Below, piece by piece: positions 63,838 to 64,000 of a stretch of DNA of 64,000 nucleotides. A program made the translations under genes and the position numbers. The number at the start of each line of letters is the position of its first letter. Position 1 is the first letter of the stretch. The DNA lies in assembly GCA_020137815.1 (NCBI GenBank), contig CM035361.1, positions 2,418,001 through 2,482,000 of the forward strand, read 5' to 3'. Below the pieces are notes generated by a model. It made no database searches. It was given only the letters and a program-made list of their open reading frames with translations, and was not told the origin of the DNA. This DNA comes from Hormiphora californensis (Eukaryota; Animalia; Ctenophora).

Positions 63838-64000
63838 CTGATAACAAGGGGTGTTAATTAGTGGTGCTGGTATCACTAAGTGATTGGCCCTGTGCGTAGG
63901 GTCCCCAACAGGGGTTCACGCCCATGGCAACCGCTCTTATCAAATCAATAAGGGTTATTACACAATTATTGTACAGTCAAGATGGTACGAAGTGGTTACA

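Overview
Intron-rich eukaryotic DNA with many (AG)n tracts and small inverted-repeat transposons. The repeat families and gene style suggest a ctenophore (Pleurobrachia-like); this is an inference from recall, not verified. Nine genes are supported. On +: the 3' part of a DH-PH RhoGEF, an intronless F-box/LRR protein, ZDHHC6, a six-EF-hand calmodulin-like protein and CREG. On -: a secreted F5/8C + C-type lectin + sushi protein, a cytochrome P450, a DNAJB-type Hsp40 and the 3' part of EXOC3/Sec6. Mobile DNA includes decayed CR1 and L2 LINEs, an ORF1-only LINE-like element, a tRNA-derived SINE and about 20 MITE/foldback elements. Most notable: (1) Sec6 ends in four acidic NPF motifs plus a KRAPPPP motif; (2) the P450 has Asn in place of the I-helix catalytic Thr; (3) two elements end in a structurally conserved T-shaped hairpin; (4) tandem duplications repeatedly copy splice sites; (5) all seven visible start codons have a YAG acceptor 2-8 nt upstream, consistent with spliced-leader trans-splicing; (6) a MITE cuts the acidic tail off the F-box protein; (7) three retroelements share a 3' stem. 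All exon coordinates were read by eye and may be off by a few bases.
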